DNA from: a virus
Taxonomy: Duplodnaviria > Caudoviricetes
IMG/VR virus record: IMGVR_UViG_3300031990_000028
Location: 1-25,927 of that record
Strand: one strand, 5' to 3'
Length of the DNA: 25,927 bases
In this document: positions 16,262 through 23,716 of the stretch, in pieces
Layout: each line of letters starts with the position of its first letter
Numbering within the stretch: the stretch's first letter is position 1
Position numbers and translations under genes: made by a program
The notes under the pieces: generated by a model
Told to the model about the DNA's origin: nothing
Databases searched by the model: none
What the model saw: only the letters and a program-made list of their open reading frames with translations

Positions 16262-17599
16262 ATGCCGGTACGCCTCGATCAGGATCCCGGCCCGGCACCG
16301 CTGTTCCGGCCCGCGACGCCCGGCGAATTCGCGCGCGCTTTCCGGCTGCCGCCGGAAGAGGCGGTGCGCTATATGCGCGGCCGCGACCGCGTGCGCGTCA
16401 GCTACGACTGGCGCGCGCTCTGGCACGACGAGCACGCGCGCCAGTTCACGGTCAGCCGGCTGGCGCGCGCCGATCTGCTGCAGGCGCTCCGCGACGGCAT
16501 CGAGGCCAGCGTCGGCGGCGATCTGAGCCGGCGCGACTGGGTGCGCAACGCGCGCGATCTGCTCGGGCAGGCCGGCTGGTGGGGCGAAAAGTGGGTGCCG
16601 ACGCCCGACGGGCAGACGGTGCGCACGGTGTTCAACCCGGCGCGGCTGCGCCTCATCTACGACGTCAACACGCGCATGGCCTACGCCGCCGGGCGCTGGG
16701 AGCGCATCCAGGCCAGCAGCGCCACCCACCCGTTCCTGCGCTACGTGACCCGCGCCGATGAGCGGGTGCGCGAAAGTCACCGGCCCTGGCACAACCTGAC
16801 GCTGCCGGTCGCTGATCCGTGGTGGCAGACACACTATCCGCCGAATGGTTGGCGCTGCCGCTGCCGGGCCGTACCGATGCGCCGCAGCGAGTACGAACGG
16901 CGCACCGATCTGCAGCGCGAGGCACCCGATCTGGCGCTCGCCGACTGGACCGACACCCGCACCGGCGAGGTGCGGCAGGTGCCGCAGGCGCTGGATCCGG
17001 GCTTTGCCTACCACGTCGGCGAGGCGGCGGCGCGCTGGCAGGGACTCGTCGATGCCGGGCGGCAGAAAACAATCGCCTACGCGGCGGACATCGGCGCAGC
17101 CTCGGCCGAGGTACTGAACGCACTCGCCCTGCGCGACTGGCAGGCGTGGCTGCCGCAGGCGCAGGCCGGGCGAGCCGGGCGTCGCCTCGGCTGGCTCGGC
17201 GTGATCTCGCCCAGCGATCTCGCGCAACTGCGCACGGCCGGAGTCGATCCGGTGTCGGTCGAACTGATGCTGCGCCCGGGCCTCGTCCACGGGCCGAAGG
17301 CGCGCCGGCACGAGGCTGCCGGCAATGCGCTCTCCCCCGAGCAGTGGCAGACGCTGCCGCAGGCGTGGGCGCGCGGTGCGCAGGCGCTGCTGCTGGATGT
17401 GCGCAGCGGCAAGCTGCTGTGGCTGCTGCGCGGCGAGGGCGCGCGACCGGCGCAACTGGCGGTGGAGGTGAACTTCGTCACCGACCGACCCAAGCGCACG
17501 GTCAACAGGGTCGAGTCGGCGTATCTCGCGCGCGCCGACGCCCTGGGCGGGCGTATTCGCGGCGGCGAGGTGCTCGTGCTGTGGGGGAGTGTCGAGTGA
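16262..17599 (+). CDS. MuF (gp30) head morphogenesis protein with C-terminal nuclease-like extension
   Basis: RLRLIYDVNTRMAYAAGRW, DERVRESH, WWQTHYPPNGWRCRC, DPGFAYH; about 150 further aa with K-x-x-x-H...W..LP...LLLD...LLW...LAVEVN...VESAY reminiscent of PBECR-type RNase domains. Confidence 0.92.
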   Translation: MPVRLDQDPGPAPLFRPATPGEFARAFRLPPEEAVRYMRGRDRVRVSYDWRALWHDEHARQFTVSRLARADLLQALRDGIEASVGGDLSRRDWVRNARDLLGQAGWWGEKWVPTPDGQTVRTVFNPARLRLIYDVNTRMAYAAGRWERIQASSATHPFLRYVTRADERVRESHRPWHNLTLPVADPWWQTHYPPNGWRCRCRAVPMRRSEYERRTDLQREAPDLALADWTDTRTGEVRQVPQALDPGFAYHVGEAAARWQGLVDAGRQKTIAYAADIGAASAEVLNALALRDWQAWLPQAQAGRAGRRLGWLGVISPSDLAQLRTAGVDPVSVELMLRPGLVHGPKARRHEAAGNALSPEQWQTLPQAWARGAQALLLDVRSGKLLWLLRGEGARPAQLAVEVNFVTDRPKRTVNRVESAYLARADALGGRIRGGEVLVLWGSVE

Positions 17600-17682
17600 C
17601 GGAGGGCCTGGCGTCCCCTCATCGAACCGCCTGTGACGGCGGCACCCCGTGGACCCAGAATTTCCACGGCTCGTCACCCGAC
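17591..17682 (+). ncRNA. Candidate structured cloverleaf RNA (not a canonical tRNA)
   Basis: Closing stem GTGACG/CGTCAC (extended by GTCG/CGAC) enclosing three hairpins GAGGG/CCCTC, CCGCC/GGCGG, CCGTGGA/TCCACGG; loop1 CTGG complementary to loop3 CCAG. Confidence 0.6.
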
Positions 17683-17701
17683 CCGGTCAGGATAGCAGAC
17701 C

Positions 17702-18148
17702 ATGCTGAAGATCACCGTCGATGACCGCGAGATCATGGCCACGCTCAATCGCCTGCAGCGGCGCCTGGGCGATCTCACCCCCATCATGCGCGGGATCGCC
17801 ACCGAGCTGGAGGCGCGGGTGGAGGCGCGCTTCGAGCGTCAGATCGATCCCAACGGCCGCCGCTGGGCCGCACTGAAGCCGGCGACGGTGGCGCGCAAGA
17901 AGCGCAAGGGTGCCATCCTCTATGACAGCGGCGACATGCAGGGCAGCCTGAACTCGGCGGCGGGCCGCACCTGGGCCGAGGTCGGTTTCGGCCAGCCCTA
18001 TGCCGCCTATCACGAGTGGGGCACAGGGAAGATGCCGCGGCGCGGCCTGCTCCTGGCCGATCCGGATCGGGGCACGCTGGGCCGGGGTGATCGCCAGGCG
18101 GTGCGGGAGCTGCTGGCCGAGGCGCTCGACGAGGCCCTCGGCGGCTAG
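17702..18148 (+). CDS. Virion morphogenesis protein (Mu gp31/G family)
   Basis: RFERQIDPNGRRWAALKPAT, LYDSGDMQGSL, YAAYHEWGTGKMPRR. Confidence 0.92.
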   Translation: MLKITVDDREIMATLNRLQRRLGDLTPIMRGIATELEARVEARFERQIDPNGRRWAALKPATVARKKRKGAILYDSGDMQGSLNSAAGRTWAEVGFGQPYAAYHEWGTGKMPRRGLLLADPDRGTLGRGDRQAVRELLAEALDEALGG

Positions 18149-18345
18149 CGGGCGCAAAAACGCAGAATGCGCTGTAAGCCCGCAGGAGCCCGCGCAGGGC
18201 CTGGGGGTAGGCAAGGGTATTGCCTCGGCCTTGCACCGGCCTACGCAACGGCGCGCAACCGGTTTATTTGCGTGTCGTGGGTGCGGCGGTGGCCACTTTG
18301 GCCGCTCGGCGCTGGATCGCGCCCTGATCGGCCCCGGATCGGCTG

Positions 18346-18394
18346 TAACGCCGGTTAATCACCCGGCGCGGGTCCGACCGGTAGGGTCCGGCAC
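18346..18394 (+). promoter_or_regulatory. Putative Mor/C-activated late promoter (head operon)
   Basis: TAACGCCGGTTAATC (18346-18360) matches TAACGCAGGTTAATC (6585-6599) at 14/15; 21 nt gap; -10-like TAGGGT (18382-18387); ATG 7 nt later. Confidence 0.75.
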
Positions 18395-19465
18395 ATGTCG
18401 AGCGAGCCAGCCCCCGCCAACCCCCCGATCACGGCCCCGCCGGCGCTGCTGGCGGCGGCCGCCTTCTGCTTCGACGCCTGCGCCGAGGGCGACGCGACGG
18501 AGGCGTGGGCGCACCTGCTGCCGGCGGGCACCGTCAGCGGTCGCGATGGGCGCGGCCCCTACACGGTGGACGGGCCGGCGGTGCTGGCGGCCTTCGCCGC
18601 GCACGGCGGCGATCTGCCGGTGGACTACGAGCACCAGAGCCTGGTGGCCGCGGACAAGGCCGGGCCGGTGCCGGCGGCCGGCTGGATCACCGCCCTGGCC
18701 GAGCGGGCCGACGGGATCTGGGGGCTGGTGGCGTGGACCGCGCGCGCCAGCGAGCTCCTGGCCCAGCGCGAATACCGCTACCTGTCGCCGGTGTTCCGCT
18801 TCGAGCCGGCCAGCGGGCGCGTGCTCGCGCTGGTCGGTGCCGCGCTGACCCACACCCCCAACCTGGCCGAGCTGCAGGCCGCGGCCAGCCAGGAGACGAT
18901 CTTTGAGGAGCCGCAGACCGTGAACGACACCGAGCTGCTCGAGCGGGTGCGCTACCTGCTCAACCTGCCGACCCTGGCCACGATCGACGACATGCTGACG
19001 CACCTGCAACGACTGATGGAGCGTCTCGCCACCGCCGAGCAGGCGGTCACCAGTGCGCAGGCGGCCGCCAGCACGCCCGATCCCGCGCTGTGGGTGGCGG
19101 TGAGCGCCCACCGCGAGCTGACCGAGCGCCACGCCGCGTTGACCGCCGAGGTGGCCGCCGCCGCTGCCGAGGCCGCGGTGAGCGCCGCCACGGCCGCCGG
19201 TCGCCTCACCCCCGCCATGCAACCCTGGGCGCGCGCCTATGCAGCGGCCGATCCGGTCGGCTTCGCGGCCTGGTCGGAGGCGGCACCGGTGGTCACGCCG
19301 GCGGCCGCGGCCGGTGCGGCCGAGTCGGCCGGTGCGGCCGGCGCGCCGGACGATCCGGTCGAGATCGCGCGCGCCGCGCAGGCCTGGCAGACCGAGCAGG
19401 AGCGGGCTGCGGTGCGCGTCTCCTTCGCCCAGGCGGTCGCGCACGTGCTGCGTGGCCGCCCCTGA
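18395..19465 (+). CDS. Prohead protease/scaffold (Mu gp32 I/Z-like)
   Basis: LLPAG...GRDGRGP, LPVDYEHQ, PAAGWI, WTARA, EYRYLSPVF, ALTHTPNL. Confidence 0.95.
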   Translation: MSSEPAPANPPITAPPALLAAAAFCFDACAEGDATEAWAHLLPAGTVSGRDGRGPYTVDGPAVLAAFAAHGGDLPVDYEHQSLVAADKAGPVPAAGWITALAERADGIWGLVAWTARASELLAQREYRYLSPVFRFEPASGRVLALVGAALTHTPNLAELQAAASQETIFEEPQTVNDTELLERVRYLLNLPTLATIDDMLTHLQRLMERLATAEQAVTSAQAAASTPDPALWVAVSAHRELTERHAALTAEVAAAAAEAAVSAATAAGRLTPAMQPWARAYAAADPVGFAAWSEAAPVVTPAAAAGAAESAGAAGAPDDPVEIARAAQAWQTEQERAAVRVSFAQAVAHVLRGRP

Positions 19466-19489
19466 TCTACCAGCCCTGGAGAGACTGAC

Positions 19490-19849
19490 ATGTCCAATCC
19501 GACCCTGAGCAAGAATTACCTCGCCGCCGCTGCCCTCGACCCCGGCCGCATCGTCGTGCTGACCGCCGATGACAGCGTCAACCTGGCCACCAGTGCCACC
19601 GCCGCCAGCATCGGCGTGACGGATGAGATCACCGTGGCGGCCAACGCCCGCGTGGACGTGGTGCTGTCCGGGATCGCCTGGGTCACGGCCGGCGCGGCAT
19701 TGACGCGCGGTTCCCCGATAACGGCGGACGCCAGCGGCCGCGCAGTGGCCGCGGCCGCCGTCGGTAACCGCATCGTCGGGATCGCCCTCGAAGCTGCCGC
19801 CGCCGCCGGTGATCGGATCCGCGTCGTCATCGCCCAGGGCGTGCTGTAA
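19490..19849 (+). CDS. Capsid cement/decoration protein (DUF2190-like)
   Basis: IGVTD...VDVVLSGIAWVTAGAALTRG...ADASGRAV...VGIALEAAAAAGDRIRV. Confidence 0.88.
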   Translation: MSNPTLSKNYLAAAALDPGRIVVLTADDSVNLATSATAASIGVTDEITVAANARVDVVLSGIAWVTAGAALTRGSPITADASGRAVAAAAVGNRIVGIALEAAAAAGDRIRVVIAQGVL

Positions 19850-19884
19850 GCCCGGCCCGCACACCGTCTTAAGGAGAGGACGAC

Positions 19885-20826
19885 ATGAGCACCGCCTACC
19901 CGCTGAACCCCGAGCTGACCGCGATCGCGATCGGCTACCGCAACCGCGACACCGATCTGATCGCCGATCGGGTGCTGCCGCGGATCCCCACCGCCAAGCG
20001 CTTCAGCTACACCCTCTACACCATGGCGGACGCCTACACCGTGCCGAGCACGCTGGTCGGTCGCAAGAGCGAGCCGACCATGGTGGAGTTCGGCGGCACG
20101 CTGGTCACCGACGAGTGCGTCGATTTCGGCCTCGATGATCTGGTCCCGCACGAAGAAATCCAGGCGCAGGCCGCCATGGGGGCCAACGCCACCAACCCCC
20201 TGGCGCGCTCGACCCAGTTGCTGGCGGGTCTCGTGATGCTCGACCGCGAGCGGCGGGTGGCCGATCGGGTGTTCACCACCGACGCCTACGCCGCGGGTCA
20301 CCACGTGACGCTGTCGGGCACCAGCCAGTGGAGCGATTTCGTCAACTCGAACCCGCTCGATGCCCTGCTGCTCGCGCTCGACATCCCGCTGGTGCGCCCG
20401 AACACCATCGTGCTCGGCCAGCGCACCTGGACCCGCATGCGCCAGCACCCGCGCCTCATCCAGGCCGCCAACGCCAGTGCCCAGACCGGGGGGGCCATCA
20501 CCCGTGAGCAGTTGGCCGCGCTCATCGAGGTGCCGAACGTGCTGGTGGGCTCGGGCTTCCTCAACACCGCGCGGCGCGGCCAGCCGCCCAACTTCGTGCG
20601 CGTCTGGGGCAGCCACTGCGCGCTGCTGTACATCTCCGAGGACGCCGCCCAGATCGATCAGCCCACCTTCGGCTTCACGGCACAGTTCGGGACCCGCCTC
20701 GCCGGCGAGATCGACGAGCCCAGGGCCGGGCTGCGCGGTGGCACCCGCGTGCGCGTCGGCGAGAGCGTGCGCGAGATCATCAGTGCCGGTGCCGCCGGCT
20801 ACTTCTTCCAGAACGCCGTCGCCTGA
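19885..20826 (+). CDS. Major capsid protein
   Basis: 313 aa, AAGGAGAGG SD; PELTAIAIGYRN..LIADRVLP, ERRVA, RPNTIVLG, AGYFFQNAVA C-terminus; position after protease and cement. Confidence 0.92.
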   Translation: MSTAYPLNPELTAIAIGYRNRDTDLIADRVLPRIPTAKRFSYTLYTMADAYTVPSTLVGRKSEPTMVEFGGTLVTDECVDFGLDDLVPHEEIQAQAAMGANATNPLARSTQLLAGLVMLDRERRVADRVFTTDAYAAGHHVTLSGTSQWSDFVNSNPLDALLLALDIPLVRPNTIVLGQRTWTRMRQHPRLIQAANASAQTGGAITREQLAALIEVPNVLVGSGFLNTARRGQPPNFVRVWGSHCALLYISEDAAQIDQPTFGFTAQFGTRLAGEIDEPRAGLRGGTRVRVGESVREIISAGAAGYFFQNAVA

Positions 20827-20836
20827 GGATCCCGCC

Positions 20837-21058
20837 ATGCCGAAGACCAGCCCCCCCGACGCCGGGCCGACCGGCCACCTCATGGACCACCCCGATCCGG
20901 CCCCCGCCTGGCGCGTCGAGACACCCATCGATCACGACGGCGAGCGCTACGCGGCCGGTGCGGAGATCCACCTGCCGCCCGGGCAGGCCGCGCCGCTCGT
21001 CGCGGTGGGCGCGCTGGTGCCGCTGACCGCCCCCGATCTGCCGCCGCTCGAGCCCTGA
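20837..21058 (+). CDS. Small post-capsid protein (gp35-position, 73 aa)
   Basis: GAGGA SD; WRVETPIDHDGERYAAGAEIHL...AAPLVAVGAL typical of small genes after capsid. Confidence 0.78.
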   Translation: MPKTSPPDAGPTGHLMDHPDPAPAWRVETPIDHDGERYAAGAEIHLPPGQAAPLVAVGALVPLTAPDLPPLEP

Positions 21059-21077
21059 GCGGCGTGAGGGCACCCGC

Positions 21078-21482
21078 GTGATCTACGCCAGCATCGCCGA
21101 TCTGGAGGCCGCCTTCGGCGTCGCCGAGCTCACCCAGCTCACGGGCGATCAACCGCACCTGGCGACGCTGCAGCGGGCCCTCGATGACGCCGCGGCGGAG
21201 GTGAGCGCGCACCTGGCGGCGCGCTACTCCCTGCCGCTCGCCACGGTACCGCCGCTGCTCAGGAACCTCTGCGCCGACATCGCCCGCTACCGGCTGTGGC
21301 GGCACGCCGCCAGTGAGGAGGTGCGCACCCGCTACGAGGACGCGCGCCGGCTACTGGAGCACCTGGCCAGCGGGCGCGTGAGCCTCGGCCTGCCGGCGGC
21401 GACGGCGGTGCGGCCGAGCCTGGCGGCGGCGCGGAGTGGGCCGCCGCCGCTGTTCGGGCGCGACAGTGGGCTGTTGACGTGA
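21078..21482 (+). CDS. Head-tail adaptor (Mu gp36/DUF1320)
   Basis: YASIADL..AFG..EL.QLT, ARYSLPL, CADIARYRL, RYEDA..LL..LASG.VSLG. Confidence 0.93.
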   Translation: MIYASIADLEAAFGVAELTQLTGDQPHLATLQRALDDAAAEVSAHLAARYSLPLATVPPLLRNLCADIARYRLWRHAASEEVRTRYEDARRLLEHLASGRVSLGLPAATAVRPSLAAARSGPPPLFGRDSGLLT

Positions 21483-21919
21483 TCCGGGATTACCTCGCCG
21501 CCGGGGCCGCGATCGTGGCCCGCCTCCAGGCGACGGTGCCGGATCTGGCCTCGGTGCGCCAGGCGGCCGGCCGCCAGGCGGTGGACGAGAGTGTGCTGGC
21601 GGTGCCGGCGGCGCTGGTGATCTACGACGGCGATCGCCTGGGCGATGAGGCCGGCCACGGCCGCGCCCACATCGTCCACCAGCAGTGGCTGGTGGTGCTG
21701 GCGGTGCGTCACGCCGCTCAGGGCGACGGCGGGGCCGCTGCCCAGGCGGTGGCCGGGCCCCTGCTCACGGCGCTCCTGAGCGCGCTGCAGGGCTGGCCCC
21801 CCTCAGATCGGCACCGCGGCCTCATCCGTGTCGCCGCGCCCCGGCCCGGGTATTCGCCGGGCTTCGTCTACTACCCGCTCACCTTCGAGTGCGCCCTCTC
21901 CACCCTCGGCAACCCCTAA
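21479..21919 (+). CDS. Tail terminator-like protein (gp37 position)
   Basis: PAALVIYDGD, QQWLVVLAVR, ALQGWPP, YYPLTFE; GTGA coupling to gp36. Confidence 0.82.
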   Translation: MIRDYLAAGAAIVARLQATVPDLASVRQAAGRQAVDESVLAVPAALVIYDGDRLGDEAGHGRAHIVHQQWLVVLAVRHAAQGDGGAAAQAVAGPLLTALLSALQGWPPSDRHRGLIRVAAPRPGYSPGFVYYPLTFECALSTLGNP

Positions 21920-21931
21920 GGAGCCGCCGCC

Positions 21932-22948
21932 ATGTTTGACCGCGCTACGCACTACTACTCCGGCCAGGGCGTGCTGATGATCGGCCGCCGTGACGCCAGC
22001 GGCCGCGCCGTAGATCTGCGCACCGTCGGCGACTGCTCGGCGCTCAGCATCAGCACCGAGACCAGCACCGTCGAGCACAAGGAATCGCAGTCCGGGCAGC
22101 GGGCCACCGCCTTCCGGCTGGTGACCGAGACCAACGTCTCGCTGTCGATGACGCTGCACAACTACGTCCGCGACGTGCTGGCGCTGGCGCTGCGCGGCGA
22201 CTTCACGGCGCACGCCGCCGGCAGCGTGACCGGCGAGGCCAGCGCCTGGCACCCGGGCGGCATCATGCCGCTCAACCGTGTGCGGGCCTCCACGGTGGTG
22301 GTCAATCGCGGCGCGACGCCCCTCATCCACTGGGTCAACGACGCGACCGCCTGGGACGTGCGCGTCAATCCGGCCGCCGGCTCGATCCTGTTCAACGATG
22401 GTGCGCTGGCCCCGGTCAGCGCCATCACCACCGGCGGCGTGGCGCCGACCGCCATCACGGTGGGTGCCACCACCACGGTGACGGTGGCCAATACCGCCGC
22501 CGCCGGCGACTTCGCCGTGTTCACCGGCTTCGCCGGCACCGACGCCGGCCTCCTCAACGGCCGCCCGCAGCGGATCGTCTCGGCCACGGCCGCGGCGGTG
22601 GTGCTGGACCTCAACACCACCGGCCGCGCCATCACCCTCGGCACGCCGCTGTCCTGCTTCTCCGGCCAGGCGCTGACCGTCAACTACGCGTTTGCGGCGC
22701 AGGCGCAGGTGGACGCGCTCACCGCCGGGGTGACCGACCGCTTCCTGCGCTTCGAGGGGCTCAACACGCTGGATGGCAACAACCCGGTGGTGGTGGAGGC
22801 ATTCCGCTTCGTGCCCGATCCGGCCGCCGAGCAGGCGCTGATCTCCGGGGAGGAGGCGGCCAGCTTCACCATGGAAGGCTCACTGCTGCTCGACGGCCTG
22901 CAGCCGGCCGGCGGCTCGCGCTTCTACCGGGCGCGGCTGGTGCGCTGA
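21932..22948 (+). CDS. Major tail (tube) protein with internal insertion
   Basis: YYSGQG, EHKESQSGQR, LRFEGLNT, FTMEGSLLLD; AAGGAG SD; precedes chaperone and TMP. Confidence 0.88.
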   Translation: MFDRATHYYSGQGVLMIGRRDASGRAVDLRTVGDCSALSISTETSTVEHKESQSGQRATAFRLVTETNVSLSMTLHNYVRDVLALALRGDFTAHAAGSVTGEASAWHPGGIMPLNRVRASTVVVNRGATPLIHWVNDATAWDVRVNPAAGSILFNDGALAPVSAITTGGVAPTAITVGATTTVTVANTAAAGDFAVFTGFAGTDAGLLNGRPQRIVSATAAAVVLDLNTTGRAITLGTPLSCFSGQALTVNYAFAAQAQVDALTAGVTDRFLRFEGLNTLDGNNPVVVEAFRFVPDPAAEQALISGEEAASFTMEGSLLLDGLQPAGGSRFYRARLVR

Positions 22949-22952
22949 TCGG

Positions 22953-22971
22953 GGCGGCCGGAAGGGCCGCC
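22953..22971 (+). terminator. GC-rich hairpin after tail tube gene (weak terminator or stabilising stem)
   Basis: GGCGGCC-GGAAG-GGCCGCC directly after stop; lacks U-tract; second hairpin at 22995-23016. Confidence 0.4.
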
Positions 22972-23035
22972 GTGCGGACATTAGAGGCGACACAGCGCAG
23001 CCTGATCGGGCTGCGCGATCTGACCGGAGGACCCC

Positions 23036-23497
23036 ATGCACGACCCGCATACCCCTGCACGACCCGCATACCCCATGCAGGACCTCGACACCCTGTGCCC
23101 GTCGCCGCTCGTGGTGAGCGCCGGCGGGCGGACCATCGAGGTGACCCCGATCCGGGTGCGCGAGCTGTCGCCCTTCGCCCGCGCGGTGGAGCCGCTGGTG
23201 ACCGCCCTGGTGCGCGGCGAGCAGGTGGCCCGGCTGCTGGCCGAGCACACCGGCAGCGTGATCCACGCGGTGGCGGTGGGCGCGCGGGTCGATCCCGACT
23301 GGGTCGAGGGACTCGGCCTGGACGAGCTCCTGGACCTGGCCGACGCGGTGCTGACGGTGAACCTCGATTTTTTCGCCCGCCGGCTGCAGCCGCGGCTCGT
23401 CGGCGCGGCCGAGAGCCTGACCGGGGCGATGTCGACGGCTGGGTCCAGCTCGACGCCCGCTTCCGCGCCGCCGGGCTCGGAGGCCTCCTCGACATGA
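23036..23497 (+). CDS. Tail assembly chaperone
   Basis: GGAGG SD; IEVTPIRVRELSPF...VNLDFFARRL; between tube and TMP. Confidence 0.85.
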   Translation: MHDPHTPARPAYPMQDLDTLCPSPLVVSAGGRTIEVTPIRVRELSPFARAVEPLVTALVRGEQVARLLAEHTGSVIHAVAVGARVDPDWVEGLGLDELLDLADAVLTVNLDFFARRLQPRLVGAAESLTGAMSTAGSSSTPASAPPGSEASST

Positions 23498-23637
23498 CCC
23501 TGGCGCAGGTGCGCGGCTACAGCCAGGCGCTCGGCGTGCTCGACACCGAGCGCCTGCGGCGCGCCGCCCTCGCCGCCCGCGCCGGGGGTGCCGACGAGAA
23601 GAGTTTCCGGGCCTGGCTCAGGTCGCTGGAGGGGTGA
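23494..23637 (+). CDS. Second chaperone segment (-1 frame extension or coupled 47-aa gene)
   Basis: MTLAQVRGYSQAL... in the -1 frame relative to the chaperone; frame is open well upstream; ATGA overlap also present. Confidence 0.65.
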   Translation: MTLAQVRGYSQALGVLDTERLRRAALAARAGGADEKSFRAWLRSLEG

Positions 23638-23716
23638 TGGATAACATCGACGACTACAACACGCTCGGCGAGCGGCGGATCACCTGGGGGCGCGAGACCA
23701 CCAGCGCGGCGGCGCG

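Noticed and set aside
17596-17677. Canonical tRNA gene
   Set aside because: No GTTCRA T-loop, 6-nt middle loop, wrong linker lengths, no CCA; kept as a non-canonical structured RNA candidate.
18167-18358. 63-aa ORF in the gp31-protease gap
   Set aside because: No SD, atypical composition, overlaps the promoter motif; region is better explained as non-coding.
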